DNA of 63,281 nt, filler included, from Collodictyon triciliatum (GCA_043381765.1; 17 parts of 17 records of this genome joined end to end with filler, not necessarily neighbours in it), one strand, 5' to 3'; shown: positions 16,274-31,000, counted from the first letter of the whole stretch. Program-made: numbers and translations. The notes: generated by a model not told the origin, from the letters alone.

Positions 16274-19200
16274 TAATTGTATCTGTTATGAATTAATTAC
16301 CAATATCATTATTCTCGATGTGCAGGTTAATTCTAATACGTAGATTTTGATGATGACAAAAAATCTATGCAGTTAATTCTTCTTTATTCATACATGCTCT
16401 TATTTATGAAAATTAATTATTAATACATTTATTCATCGGTTCTCTTCATCTTACTTTAAATTTTATGAATTCAATCATTTGAATAATAAAATATGACATT
16501 TTGTGTTTTATCAAGTCTTTCGATTACTTTGAATCGAATAAAGGAAAAAAATCAAGTCTTTCGATTATATTTTTTGCAGTTGTGTACTAAAAAATTATTT
16601 AACCATGATTCAGTTATCAAATCGCTACTCAGGATAATTATTCAAATGATTGATACAAATGTTGCAGGATGATGAAACAAAATACATGAATCAATTAACA
16701 CTCATAAGTCCACATATAATAGGATATAATCAATACATCAAGGTAATTGTTTAATAGAATAATTTGTAGGTTGGGGGTATTCATAATGAAATAAATGTGA
16801 TTTGACGCCCTATCTCTCATTTAAGATGGAATTTGAACGTTTTTGCAATAAAACATCATTTGTTGAATCTCACCTGGCTCTCATATTTCACATCGGTCTT
16901 ACAAGTCTAATCCCGACTGTGTCATAACCTTGCGTGCTTCGCGGATAAAAAAATGATAAGATGATTATCCCTTAATATTCATCAAAATATATGGATGCGA
17001 ATTCTTGATTCTAAGCGAAACCTCTTTCATCATGCCTAAGTGAGATTATCTATCAATATGTATAATAACGAATCTTTTGTTATTTACGGGCATAAATCAT
17101 ATTTGGAGACTTTTATCAATATTATAGTGCTAGAGTCTATTTCATCTCAGGAATCATGAAGCATGACCATTTGTGAGACACTCGCAACTTTGATTAGCTA
17201 CATAATATCGTGATTGATGATTTGAACGGAAAGAATTTGTACAAAGGCTCGCATATGAGCGGATGTGTTATTTTCTTATTTAATGTCACCAAAGCTCATT
17301 GGAAAGGTTGCCAACTACGCACTGCTATATGGTGGAACTGATTTTCTCCTATTGGTCCTGTTCACGATGAAATATTTTGGTTCAATGGATAGAGCTGAAA
17401 ATGGTATTTATTGGGTTACACACTTTTATCGTGATTTAGAGTAAGATGCTTGAAAAATGTTTTAATATATATTAGGGCCTAATAGGATGATTGTAGTTAC
17501 ACAAGATAAGACTCTGAGGCATGAGACAAGCTGGAAGGATATGTATCTGCGAGCTGACTCTGCATCGACTGGGCAACGTGAAGCATCTGTGTGGTTTGAT
17601 TGCCATGCTGTGAAGATAGCAGGAGCGCTACGATAGCGCTATTCATGGAATTAGACCGAACAGGACGAATGCTCCATATTCCCAAGATGGATAAAATAAT
17701 TTTTTTGTTGTGGTGCAGTTTTATCTATAAGCGGACAGTATATATTGAATGTGTTTTGTTGGGGAGAATGTTGCGGCGAGCGAGTGTGCCAGTGTGTGAG
17801 CGAGATGGCGTGGGTTGTGGTGGAAAGGATCGCTGTCTGGGTGGGGGCTGCGTGGGTGTTGGGGGAGTGGGCCCAGTGTTTGAGGGTCGGCGCTTGCTGT
17901 GGTTTTTGTTGAGCGGCGTGTGCAGGGTCGGCCGGAGCAAGGAGGGTGGGTGTTTGTGTGGGAGTGGAGGGGTTGGGAGGCGGACAGCCTGTTCTTTTGC
18001 CTCCGCACGCAGATATTCCACACAAGTCTGTTTTTATTTCTTTTATGTCCGTGGTTTGTTTGTTTCGATGAAGAGAGAGAGAGTAGAACCCTTTGTGATC
18101 GCTTCTCTGACTTTTTTGCTTCAAGGCGTTTCTTTTTTTATTTTGTTGTGTTCTGCCATGTCGCTGGCGAAATGCTCCGAGCACTTTGAGAAGCGTGGGC
18201 GCTGTGCTTCGCTTATGGCGGCAGCCTCGCAGTGAACCCGAGGTGTGTTTATCTCTTGTCGTATATGCGGCGACTCAACAACAAGCCGTGTGCGGGCTGT
18301 TAGAGAAGGGACACGCTTCTTGGATACGCACGAGAATGAACCGACAGAGCGACTCCCTCGCTGTAGTATGACTCACAGTGGAGCTTTTGTGTGGATCTGT
18401 GACGAAAAAGAGGCTGTGCTATTGTTTCTCTGCTCGGATCGGAGCCTGTGAATTCTTTTATTTTGTTTGCGGCGCCCTGCGCTTTGAAGAATGTCTTGTG
18501 ATTCTGAGCCGCAGCGAAAGTGCCTTTCTTGCACCGCCTGTGCGCACGCCGAAACTTGGGCCAGTGGGTAATTGGCAGCAGCTTTTCTTGAAGGCGAGTG
18601 GCAGAGAAAATAATAAAACAAAAATACCACATGAAGTACATTCGCCAAGCCGAGGACTCTGCGTGAGTGAGAGAAGCACGGATATTCGCCACGCAGCGCA
18701 CACGCGGGATGGATAATAAACCCAGAAAACGAAAGAGACTTCGACGCAGCCTCTCGCACTTACTCGCTCAGCCTTCATTGACTGGCACAGGTGAAAATAA
18801 ATGAAAGCAAGTGTGTTAAGGACAGCCGTGAACGCAACACGTGAAGAAAATAGGACGCGATCAAGCGGTTGTCTTGTTGGTTGGACTGATGCGCCACAGC
18901 CAAGCAAAAGGCCATTGCGCCAGAGAGCACGGAGGCACAGAGCACACGAGTGGAAGACACAAGCGCAGCACCCACGAGCACGCTGAGAGACGGCATTTGC
19001 TGGCCGTCGCAATATATAGTTATTGCGGTTTGTTCAATATATATACACGCGGGCAACTTGGTCCCAATATAGATAAAATACGAATTCGTAAAATAATATC
19101 GTACGAAAAAGGAGAAGAATTGCAAGGATGTATAAATACACAACGAGCGTCAAGGTACATGCACTTAGCGAAAGGTATATATAACAAATGTGTGTGTTGG

Positions 19201-19466
19201 ACATTAAATTGAAATTTGATTCGTGTGGTCGTGTCGCTCTTCCATTGGATGGTTTGTCGAAATGTCAAATAATGTGGGCGCTGTGGGCGGATTGCTGTCT
19301 GCCAGAATCAATGTGTGTTGTGGGTGATGGGGCAGAAACGCGAATGATAATTCACAATTCAACATCAGTAGCGTCGAAGAGATTATTTCCATTCATTTCC
19401 ATGGTGATTGAGCGAGGATGCGCACAGAAGGCATAAGGATGTAAAGAGACAAGCGAATCAACGGCA

Positions 19467-19586
19467 CAAACAAACAAACAAACAAACAAACAAACAAACA
19501 AACAAACAAACAAACAAACAAACAAACAAACAAACAAACAAACAAACAAACAAACAAACAAACAAACAAACAAACAAACAAACAAA
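19467..19586. repeat. (AAAC)n microsatellite
   Basis: Direct reading; the same motif occurs at 61446-61564. Confidence 0.95.
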
Positions 19587-19727
19587 NNNNNNNNNNNNNN
19601 NNNNNNNNNNNNNNNNNNNNNNNNNNNNNNTTAATTAATTAANNNNNNNNNNNNNNNNNNNNNNNNNNNNNNNNNNNNNNNNNNNNGTACCGGAGAAAAT
19701 TTTTTTGGTGTTTTTTTGGGTTTTTGT

Positions 19728-19759
<32 letters not shown>

Positions 19760-19761
<2 letters not shown>

Positions 19762-22700
19762 TGCTTTTCTTTGTGCTTTCAGTCTTTCTACATTTGCTTG
19801 TAGGTCAATATTTTCCTGGGCAAGTCTTTGATTTTCTTGTTCTCGTTCTCTAGTTTCTCGGGCTTGGAACTGAATTGTGCCGCCCTGCTCTTCTACTTGT
19901 CGCTGTAGTCTGCCGACTTGTTCTTCAAATCGTCGTTGTAGTGCATTGTATGCGTCGGCATCCGCACGACGCTCAGACCGTAAGATTTCTAAAGCCCGTT
20001 CTCGGGGAGTCTGTGGGGCGGGCAAAATAGCAGTGGGTCTTTGTGGTGTAACAGGCGCTGCTGGTGTTGGTGCTGTTGGTTGTGCCGGTGCTGTTGATTG
20101 TGCCGGGCTCTTATCGGTGTTCTAGGTGCTGCTAATCGGGCTTCTTTTTCACGTAATTGTCTTGTTAGGTCTTCTATCTGGGCCTGTTGTTGTGCAAGTA
20201 ACGCCTGTTGTCGTGCACGTTCATCGGGGTCTGTGCTTGTCGGTTGAGCCTGTGCTTGTTGTCGTTGTTGTGCTAATGTTTCGAGTCGAGTCTGTAATTC
20301 TGCCATTTCTTCTCGTAGCTTTACGTTCCTGGCTTGCTCTTCGTTGGCACGGTTGATGGCCCGCTTCAGTCTCTTGCCCTTGCCGTCTGCATTGGAATTG
20401 TCATCCGGGTTTCTTGCTTCCAGTGCAGCAATCTGCTCCAGTCGCTCTTGATCAAGAGCCATATAAAACTCGAGCTGTCGTAGTCTAATTTTTTCAATTG
20501 TTATTAAGTCGGTAGCAGCGTTTTCTAACGCATTCCTAAATTCACGAGTCATTGGGTTAAGGGGATTATTGTCTTTTGGAAAAACGCTATTACTTATTAA
20601 CTGTTTTTGCGCGGCTGATATAGCAGTTTTATAAGCAGCTATTCTTCTAATCTCGTTTTCTTTGTATTGACTGTATTCTGCTTGAATTGCGTCAATCCGT
20701 GCTTGTAGGTCCTGTGGAGGTGTTGGATTATTGCTGGCCTGAATAGCCAAACGTTGATTGTCTAATTGTCGTCTCAACTCATTTCTTTCTGCTTGGAGTT
20801 GTTCAATGTACAGCTGCTGGGCCCCCAGGAAATCTCCTTGTGTGGTCGTTAAGGCTGTACCGGGGCTCATTCTCTTGGCCACTGCTAGATTTCTGGTTGT
20901 CTGGTTCAGTCTGACAGTCAAGACCCTTGAACTCTCAACGAGTGGCGCCTCAAGTGCAAACGTGCGCTCGGGTGCGGGTAATGCAAGTTGTTGTACTGGG
21001 GCTCTAGGTGTAAACGATCGCTGTGTGGCAGCTGTTTGTTGTGACTCGCCTGATTCGATTCGTCCTTGGGGTGTCTTGCGGGGTGTTATTGCTACCATGA
21101 CCCCTTCACTTTTCTTAGGTGTCACAGGGTATTCTCGATGTCTGATTTCATGAAGCGGAGTCCAGGTCTGGGTGCCTTGAACTTGAGTTAAACTAGGACC
21201 TTTCACACGTTGGCCGGGTGCCACAGGCCGGCGAGGTGTCAACTCTAACATTTTATTTCGTAACTTGGAAATATACTCGGCGTCCATACTGCGGGCCATT
21301 TCGTTCTTGTCTTGCATTTCCAACATACCACGAAATAAATTGTCATACAGTTGTTGAGCTTCACTTGCTACTTCTCGCATCCTTACTAATTCTTTTCTCA
21401 GGTCATCAACTTCTTGTTGTAGTTGTCTGATTGTTTCGGCATCTTGCTCTTTTGAACTTTCTCCTGGCTCATCAAAAGTTAATGCTCTTCTAGTAACTTC
21501 TCCAGAATCACCAATTACCCTAATCCAAACCCAGATGCCACGGTGTATGACTGTGATTTTGGTGTGACTGCCGGCGTGGCTACAGATGTGTCTGCTTCTT
21601 GCGGTTGCTCTGGCTCTCTAAAAGAAATCTCAATATCGTCTGGTGACACTGTTACTTTTTTATTCAACAAATCCATAGAATCGTTCAGGGCTTGTTTGCT
21701 TTCTGGTAGAAGTTGTTCGGCTTGCTCTTGTGCGGCTAAAAACAGTGTGGCAATGTCTCTCAAGAAATCATCTTCGTCAATGGGGATGTCTTGTTCAATT
21801 AAACCGTCTATCTCTGCTAATTGTTGATTAAGTTGTGCCTCGTCATCTTCACCAAAGTACAAATTCGCTTCGACTTGTGCTAAATACGTTTGTTGTACGG
21901 CTTCGCGTCTGATGCGTTGTGCTCTAATTATATTTGTTAACATCTCGTTTACAGCTTTATGATATTCGGTGTCTCTTCTTTGTGTTTCAGGTTCAAGGGT
22001 TTCAATCTCTGCTTCTTTATATGCTTTTACTTGCTGAATGTAAATCATCATCATTCTGGCTTTGAAAGACTGGTCGAGTGTGCTAGGTAATTGTGGCCCT
22101 AATGTCGGCATTTGTTCGAGCAATGTGTCTCTTTCTTGTCGTAGTTGACTAATGTGTTCTTTGACACTTGGTCCTGATTGTTTTTCGGCTACTGCTGCTG
22201 CTCTTTTTCCTGCTGCTCGAGCTGCTGCTACCATTGCGTCCCTTTCAGCTTGTTTGGCTTTTCTTGCTTCTCTTTCTGCGGCTCTTTCAGCTCGCTCTTT
22301 ATTCAGTCTGCGCTCTAGGAGGGCTTCGGCAATCAGCTCTTCTTCCGCCAGTCGTTCAAGAAGAATTAATCTGGCATCTCTCAGTTCTTCTTTGGTCTCT
22401 TCGTCAACCCATATATTGTAAAGTGTTTGTGTTACTTCTGCTGTAAGGTACTCGTTCAATACTGCTTCAGCATCGTCCCATTCTGTATCATCATAGTCTC
22501 CTGAGGGTACGAACTTTGGAAAGTCTGTGTATTGTAGCATCCCTCGTCCACGCAGCAATTGTAAAATGCGATTAGCGAGAGCGTGGATGTGTGTCGGGAC
22601 CGGTATCCCCCTTTTGCGTTTCTGTAGGTACTCTAAAACAAAAATCTCTTTGGTGGTGGACGAAAAGGTATTTCGAAGCAGGCCGTAACGAGCACTGATC

Positions 22701-23446
22701 TGGTCAGCATCTAATAAAACTGTGTTCTCGTCTTCTTTTATTTCTTCATCTTCTTCTTCTTGTTCAGTTTGTGCAATGTCCATATCACTCGGGGCTGGTC
22801 CTTCACTTGGTGCTGCTCCTTGTAATAATGGTCTGTCTTCATCAAATACTCTAGGGTTTATGGGCTGAAATTCTTCTTCTTGTTGTTCAGGTGACGGTAT
22901 TCTTGAAGGGGCTGCTGTACTAGGCAAACTGTCGGGTTCTGGAACAGTAACTCTCTTGGGTGTGGGTGCCTGAGCTGAACGTGGTGCTTCAGTGGGTGCT
23001 TCAGGGGGCGCCATCGATTGCGAGGGTTCTCGTTTTTTCTGTACTTCAAGAATTTCACCGACGGGCCTAGAAGACTCTGTCCATATTGTTATTAGTTTAT
23101 TTCTGACTGTTTCAGCCTTAGGTAATTTACCTCGTTTTATACCATAGACTTCATAAAAGTATTTTTCATCATCGTAATTTGCTAAAGCTACTTCTTGCGC
23201 TTTCTTAAAATCCCCATATTTAGTTTTGGCGATTTCATTTATAATCGCAGCAGATATGTTTCCAGTGTGTTTACCATCACCGTATATAAACGTTATAATT
23301 GCTTGAACATTAAGTATCTCTGGTGATATGCCACCGCCTTGTTTATAATTCGCTTCAATAAACTCAGTGACTTCTTTTTTTCTGGCTGCTGCTTGTTCTG
23401 CTGTGTTTTTTGATACAGGCAGTTTTCTTTTAGGTGGTGAGCTCAT
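19760..23446 (-). CDS. Very large intronless Glu/Gln/Ala-rich coiled-coil protein (>1200 aa), split by two single-base frameshifts; unknown function, 3' truncated
   Basis: ORFs 21515-23446, 19989-21380 and 19639-20025 join into one frame if one G is added to GGG near 21519 and one C to CCC near 20107 (minus strand). ATG at 23446 (MSSPPKRK). No introns over 3.7 kb. Confidence 0.75.
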
Positions 23447-23618
23447 GCTATACCCTAGATTTTTATCTGTGCCCCAGTATGATTGTAAATTACGCACAAC
23501 GAGGAGCACGAGGGGTAGNNNNNNNNNNNNNNNNNNNNNNNNNNNNNNNNNNNNNNNNNNNNTTAATTAATTAANNNNNNNNNNNNNNNNNNNNNNNNNN
23601 NNNNNNNNNNNNNNNNNN

Positions 23619-23661
<43 letters not shown>

Positions 23662-23920
23662 AAAAAAAAAAAAAGAAAAAAAAGAAAAAAAAAGAAAAAA
23701 AAAGAAAAAAAAGAATCACAGGGATGTAAATGGCCGTACCTTAAGTCAAGCATCAATTCTATGCACAAAAGTTGAAAGGAAGAATAAAAAAAAAAGCATC
23801 AATTCTAGAGCATATTATTTAACCCATGTATTTTATATCGAATGAAGGAAAAAAACCCCATGCAATCTATAACATGACGCTTTGGTTTTTTATGCATCTA
23901 GATTCTCTTTCATTACCAAG

Positions 23921-26084
23921 GGTATGTCTACGTCATTGGCGGGGATACAGGATCACCTAGCCCCGAAGGGATAAGCTATCGCTATTCAATATGTACACCA
24001 CATATAATTTTGAACTCATATCTCGGCATTTCATTTACCACTATCCAGAGGAGCTGAGACAAATTCTTTCACCAAATATTTTATAGAATGATTTCTATAA
24101 AACCCCTTTTGCCTAATTACAGTTGAACTTTCTTTTCAATTATAGCTAGCCAGACCTGGGAGTGGCTCAACCTTCCTAGCTCAATTGCACATATTGCCTG
24201 GATGACAAAACAGGCATATCTGCTCGATGGACCAACTTTATATTTATGGGGTGGTGGTTATCTTGACGGAAGAGCACAGCCTTTGACAGAAAATGCTTTA
24301 ATCCAATACGATATGAAAACAAACATATCCAGTATCCTACCATCCGCCAATCCACCTCAGGCTCGTTTGGGCTCGTCAGCTTTCTCTCAGGAGAAGCGGT
24401 TTTGTATCCAAGGCGGAGTTTCTTCGAATAAAACTAGTGCGATGGACATTTGGTGCTACGACAAAAGTGAATATTCTTGATTCCCCCCTGTTGTTATAGA
24501 GTTTTTTTTTTTTTACAAAACCTTTTTGCTGTTGAGCTTGTATGACACCGACACTAAAATAATTAATTTGATTAATAATATCTTCATACTTCATTTCTAT
24601 TTAATAGTATAATCAACGGTTTAAACCTTTTTTTTTTTGTTGATATAGGTGATTCAAAGTGGAGTGAAATGCTTAACAGCAACCAAGGGATATCCACATT
24701 GTATTCGAGTTCTTTTCTGAACGTAGGAATGGGAGTTTTAACAGGAGGAGAAAATATACAGAACGAAAAAACTTACGACATATGGCTCTACAACTTTCGT
24801 GCGATTTTATTTTGTTTAGTTCCCTAGTTGCCTTTTCTTCTATTTCTTTTTCTTCTTCTCGTGTTTATATTCTAGAAATCCTTTAAATTCGAGACCTTTT
24901 TCGTGATTGAATTCTTTTCCCGTTCTTTTCTCGGAGTAATTTTTAGTGTATGATATCGCACCAACAAATATGATTAAATGTAACATTTTTTTTTTGTAAT
25001 TATATATATTACTAACGATAAAACGCATGAATCGTATAGAATCGAATAGGTGGGGCAAAGCCCCTGACCCGGCAAGCAGACCGCCACCTTTCAATATGCA
25101 CCGCTCAATCACAATGTCTCAGTACCTGGTCCTGGTTGGTACAAATAACGAGCGAGCCACTGACTCACGAATATTTGTCTATGACTTGGGTATATTGAAT
25201 CGCTATATATACTTTCTACCTTCTTATTGTCCCGACCTGTCTGGGTTCCCTCGTGCTATCCCGCCTTGTTATCCAAATGGGTCTCTCTCTCTACCATATA
25301 CATCTAATTGTTAAACACATGATAGGTTCGATGTTCTGCGATGGGACGATGGAGGTTTCGGCAAAGAGTGGTGTTGGTTCGCTTACTGACGGCAGTGGGA
25401 TATTTGGATATATGCCATTCACGAACTGCAGTTGGGCCATTCGGGATACAAACAACCTTGTGGTACTTGGAACTACCACATTAAATTCTCACTCACTTTT
25501 CTTATTCACTAATATTTTACTGTGTACGAATGCCTTTCATTCAAATATTTACAACACTTTAATATATATATATATTGGAATTTAACGTGGAAAAAACTGT
25601 ACTACAAGATATCCAATATGGATATTGACGCAAACAGCAAGGTTATTCTGACTACTCAGAACACATGCGGCAATAATGAAATTTACTCAGACATATCGGA
25701 GAAAGGAAAGACGGTATTATACCCACCTATTATCCTTAATATTTGGAACAGCTTTGTCTGCAGTGATACCCACTTAATAGTTTTGTTGAATAATCACCGT
25801 GATGTCCCTCACCTCATTTTTGAAAACTACTAAAAACCACTATAATCAACAATAAAGAAGCTGGACATATCAACACTACCCGCGGGGACGTGGATTTCCA
25901 TACCAGGACAGGATTTCAAGTTATCATTCCTAACATCTGGGTCTCTGGTGTCCTATGCCGGGTTCAACATATCATACTTATGTAAACCATTTTCAATTCA
26001 CGCTTCATATAGTTTATATACACATTATACCCATAGCGCAAGTTCAACTTCTTTTTTTCTTCCTATCGTACCTTAGATAACATT

Positions 26085-26181
<97 letters not shown>

Positions 26182-27283
26182 TTTTCACAATATGTCCTTC
26201 TTTACAAAGATTGCCCAACCGGCTTCCAAGTCCTGGAAGGTGCTTGTCTCTGCCCTGCAGGTAAATATGTCACACCCAGTGGTGAATGCTTCTCGTGTGA
26301 AAAACACACGCACCAGCATGGAGTGAATAAGGTGATTGCATTACTTTTTCCCCCATAAAATGTAAAGAAGTGTAAATGTGTCACTAACATTATTTTATAT
26401 ATTCCATTAAAATACAATCAGTTATTCATTGCAATTCATATAATGTCTTTTTTCTCCCCTACTCATCCTAAAATGCCTAACGTCGGAATATATTTATCTA
26501 AATAGAACTATTGTGTCCCTGATTCAGAAGGTATTGCATTTTTTTTCGGATTCATGAATTTTCCACACCATTTCATTTTTTGACTGCAATCTAAATATGC
26601 TTATGCTCATATCCATTTAATTAATACATACGTCTTTTCCTCTCTTTCCTCTTTCTCCAGGAACGAGCCTATTTGAAAGTGCAATCATATCTTCACCAAC
26701 TTGCCGATACTCAAGTGCAGTCACAATTGAGACACAAGGATACATTCTTTGCCTTTACGGAACAGAAGTCAGTGATGAAAGGCAAACAATACCTATCAGT
26801 ATGTTCAGGCTGACTTCGCCTGGTGAGTGAATGCCAATTCACTACAGCATACACCAATTCATTCATATTTTTATGTACCTTTTTTTTTTTAAGTTACTAT
26901 TTGAAAGTTTTACTCTTTACGAAGATTCTCTGATAATTTTCTTTAAAAATAACATTTTGTCAAAGATAATTTCTTTTTGACATGTCATGACGATGTTCTT
27001 CAATATTGGATAAAAGTAACAAACTCATATAGTTTCCTTGAGCATTGAGTCTGTATCGCAGCTTGGCGAAATTCCTCCAAGTCGAAAAGGAGCGTGTGTT
27101 GCATACATAAATAATATCGTATATTACGTCGGTGGACGTAGCCCAAGTCTGCTGAACACTGCTGCTTACGCTTTCGACCCAAAAACATTGAAATGGGTTC
27201 GCCAAAGTAGCCACACATTTAACATCGTTGGTCATTCATGTGCCACTTACTCTTCAAGTATATATATGCATGGCGGGGAAACG
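23921..27283 (+). CDS. Kelch-repeat + CUB + Cys-rich (attractin/MEGF8-like architecture) extracellular protein, internal fragment
   Basis: Kelch motifs YVYVIGG, LYLWGGG, PPQARLGSS...IQGG...DIWCYD, IPPSRKGAC...VYYVGGR...YAFDPKTLKW, IYMHGGE; CUB-like CDGTMEV...SLTDGSGIFGYMPFTNCSWAI; CLCPAGKYVTPSGECFSC. Confidence 0.75.
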
Positions 27284-27757
27284 GTAAGTGTTTTTGTTCC
27301 ATATAATTCCCAACCTAATGTTATTCAATCATTAATTGTCATTCTTATGAAAAAGAAGAAAAGAAGAAAAGAAGAAAAGAAGAAAAGAAGAAAAGAAGAA
27401 AAGAAGAAAAGAAGAAAAGAAGAAAAGAAGAAAAGAAGAAAAGAAGAAANNNNNNNNNNNNNNNNNNNNNNNNNNNNNNNNNNNNNNNNNNNNTTAATTA
27501 ATTAANNNNNNNNNNNNNNNNNNNNNNNNNNNNNNNNNNNNNNNNNNNNCCCACCAATCTGTATTATCCATGAGATAATCAGTGCAATAAAATATACTTC
27601 AAATATGTATACAAAAAAAAATTTTATTCAATAATTTTATCTCCAATAATTTCATTCATTTGTATTGCAGCAGCAGTAACTGGATGCATGGAATATGAAA
27701 AGGGCCGAAGATATTCTTCTTTGTATCCAGCGGTGCTAGGAGAGCGTGATGTCTTAC

Positions 27758-27978
27758 CTCTATCAGATTTGATGTCTTATTTACTTTCCTTTGCTTTTCA
27801 GGCTCAAGAGGCTTTCCGTTGATGATAATGGGTTTTCTCCCGATATTCTGCTCGCGTTTGTTGTATTGCCATGGGTTAGAAAATAATCAAGTGCGATTTG
27901 AGACTGATAATGATAATGATAATGATAATGATAATGATAATGATAATGATAATGATAATGATAATGATAATGATAATG

Positions 27979-28009
<31 letters not shown>

Positions 28010-31000
28010 ATAGAATATTAATTGAGTAAACATAGCGGGGAAATACACAGCTGCAAAAAAAAAAAACTGTTCATGTAAGGAGCTCCGGTTTTGTTGCTCA
28101 CCTTAAAAATGAACACTTTATCAGGCTTCAGACATATGATGGCCTGATTTTGTATAGTGTTAACACAAGGGTGAGAATAGAGTATCATGAAAGAGCACAC
28201 AAGTACCCATGTAAATGACGATTCCATATCGGAAAAGAAGAGGAAAGACATCATAAACAGCGTTAAAATTACATTTTATTGTATTCTTGTCATAGTGTTT
28301 TCCTACAGCAAGAACGCGAATGATTCGGGTTTGGAAAAAAAAAAAAAGAAACATTACTTGTTTCCTGGAAACTGTGCTTGCAGGGCCTTCCAAAGCCACA
28401 TTGATATCAACCTTGTTCTCTTTCGTGGATCTCCCGATAGTGGCCTATGAAAAAGAAAATTAGATAAGTGTTGCTTGGAAAATGTAAACAGTGTCATAGT
28501 GGCTCTTTTGCTTCATTTCAAAATCAGCGTTCTTTGCGGAGGATAAGAGAAATGAGGATACCGTCTTCCCCTTCATTTCATATCGCAGGACTGAGCCACT
28601 GAAAATGGCGTAGACTTTTTCGCTCCCAGTCGAAGAAAGTTGCTTTTCAAGCTTGTTGGTCTGTCATTATTTTCAAAAACGGATGTCTTTTAGAAAGATA
28701 AAAAAATCGGTATGTCGTTTGAGCTACGCACTCATGTAGGAAATAAATAGTATTTGGCTTCCTTCATCCTGACTAAAAATCTCAAATTCATAATTAATCG
28801 AAAAATAGGAGTAATACCAGTGAAGATTCTCTTAATTCTGGTATGTCATCTGAGAAATGGTATATAGACATAGAAAGATATTAGAGGGCAATCGTTTCAA
28901 AAAAGAGTGTATTGTTTGGTTTGCAAATGATTTAAAAAAATGCAACTATTGACAGGGACTAGTGTACATATCGAATCAAAAGCACATAAAACCATGATTC
29001 ATAGAAATCAACCTGCTGGCTTCGCCTTGGATATTTGTTGCAATAAATCTTTTTCAGAAGCCATTACAGAAATGGGCAAGCCATTTTCAAAGATTGAATC
29101 TGGAACAAAGAGTCGAGTTGACGGGTCCTGTTGATTATCTTTGAATCTGCATGTCTCTTTTAGAATATTACACGTAAACAAAAGAAAAAGAAAAAGAAGA
29201 ATTTAACATAAAGGAAAATATTAAATTCAGGGGGAAAAGCATATGTGAATTGATGGTATTTGTACATTTTAGCCAGATTGCTCAATATCTTTTTTTCAGA
29301 TTCAGGAACTTGCTGATTCTCGAGCTGTGCATCTGAAAGTGTCCTTTTTAAGCAATACTTCCTTCTCTTTTTTTTATATATGAATTATGACATGGTAAGA
29401 CGAATACACTGTATTTCTGAAGATGCGATTTAATCGAGAGCCTAACCGTAGTATCTTCGCTCCATGACGAATTGTGTTGCCAACCGCTTGTATTGCTCGG
29501 ATATCGTGGACAAGGGTCTTTGAGGGTAATAATGATGATTGAACTTATCTGCAAAATCTGTCTCGGAGGGCAAGTCGAACTGGAGAGCATGAATCTAGAA
29601 AAAAGGTCACATGGGAATTAGAATGTAGATAAAGCGTAGGATAAATCCAAACAATAGGATTGAGCGTGCATGACTTTGCATTTATTTCACCTCAATTATT
29701 CAAACATCTTTAAAGTATATAGAGAGAGCGCTATGTGAATATACAAGAGATATAGTTATCTTATCGTCGAATTCATCCCAAGGAACTTCGAATTGTGTGC
29801 TCTCCATGTCGCTTTCTGCTAGCCTACCAAAGCAAAATTTCCAAATGGGCTCAGATTTTGCACAATTTGAGTTCATTCATTTACATTCATAAATCGTAAC
29901 TCCTACTTTTTCTCGTCCGAATTCAATAGATATCTCCAACGATCAGCTATCTCCAAAACACTGAAAGGCTTTGAAAAAGATACTGTTTTGTGAATCCATC
30001 GTAAGTCTGAGCCGCAGTGTATCATGGCATGTATCAACTTTGCGTCATCCGAAGAAGTAAAAGCTGGACAAGGAATTGCAGTTTCAAGGCCTTTCATTGG
30101 TTTTGTAGGCGGCCGCTGAATAGGCAGGTGATTAAAAAAAATAAGGAGAATAAAAAAAAAAAAGAGTTCATAAAGATATAGGATGTTAAAAGAATTACAC
30201 ACGCCAAATATTATTTTGATTATTTGCAAGAATTTGATTTTCTTTTGAAATGTTTTTTATTCGATTCGATTCAGTTTTTAACCTTTGATATTGGACTCAA
30301 CAATCCGCTCAGATTCATAGATGAGTCTAAGGTTGAAGAAAGGCCGCTGTTTCCGAACAAGGAAGCCTTCGAATCCTTGGTACTATCCATTCCAGGGGAA
30401 AAATGTTGTTGTGAGGGTGCGAGTTGTTTGGTGTCTTTTAATGCGCTGCTGCCTTTTCCTTTCTATATTTAATGATAAGATTCCGTTGAATTGAGAACCC
30501 CAGAAGACACTTTTACAATATCATATGAAAACATAAAGAAGAAAGAGGAATTATGGCAGGCAGCAAGATAAAAGCAAAATTTCAATATCTCAGTTGTTTG
30601 TTTGCTTTTTTGTAACGCATGAAAGAACCATATAGTACATATCATAAATCATTCATAAAAAAAAAAAAAAAAGAACAATAATCACACATCACACGCCAAG
30701 AAAGAAGCAACAACGAATCATGAGACATATGAAAAGAGCACCTGCTTCTTTGTCGTTTCTGTTCCCAGAGTGGAAGAAGGAGCCGGAAGGAGGTCATCTG
30801 CAGGTCTCTTCAACGAGCTCTTTGTGTTCTTGTGGGATTGAGGCGGAGCCTGTGGGGCGATGGGGTGCGCTTCCTCACCAATGTCCACGAGTTCCGCCTC
30901 AAGTGCCACACACGAAGCAGCCTTGGTGGACTTTGTCTGGGTCTGAGTCTGAGCGCCGGCGGAAGACGAAGACGAGAGCGAATTCGTCAGGATGATCTTT

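Noticed and set aside
17497-19460. Many overlapping 100-200 aa ORFs in a GC-richer stretch
   Set aside because: A spliced minus-strand model is possible but contains a stop and matches no family I recognise, so it is not supportable as a feature.
21500-21540. Programmed -1 ribosomal frameshift between the two long ORFs
   Set aside because: There is no correctly phased X XXY YYZ slippery heptamer. Both shifts in this gene are single-base losses in G/C homopolymers, favouring sequencing error or mutation.
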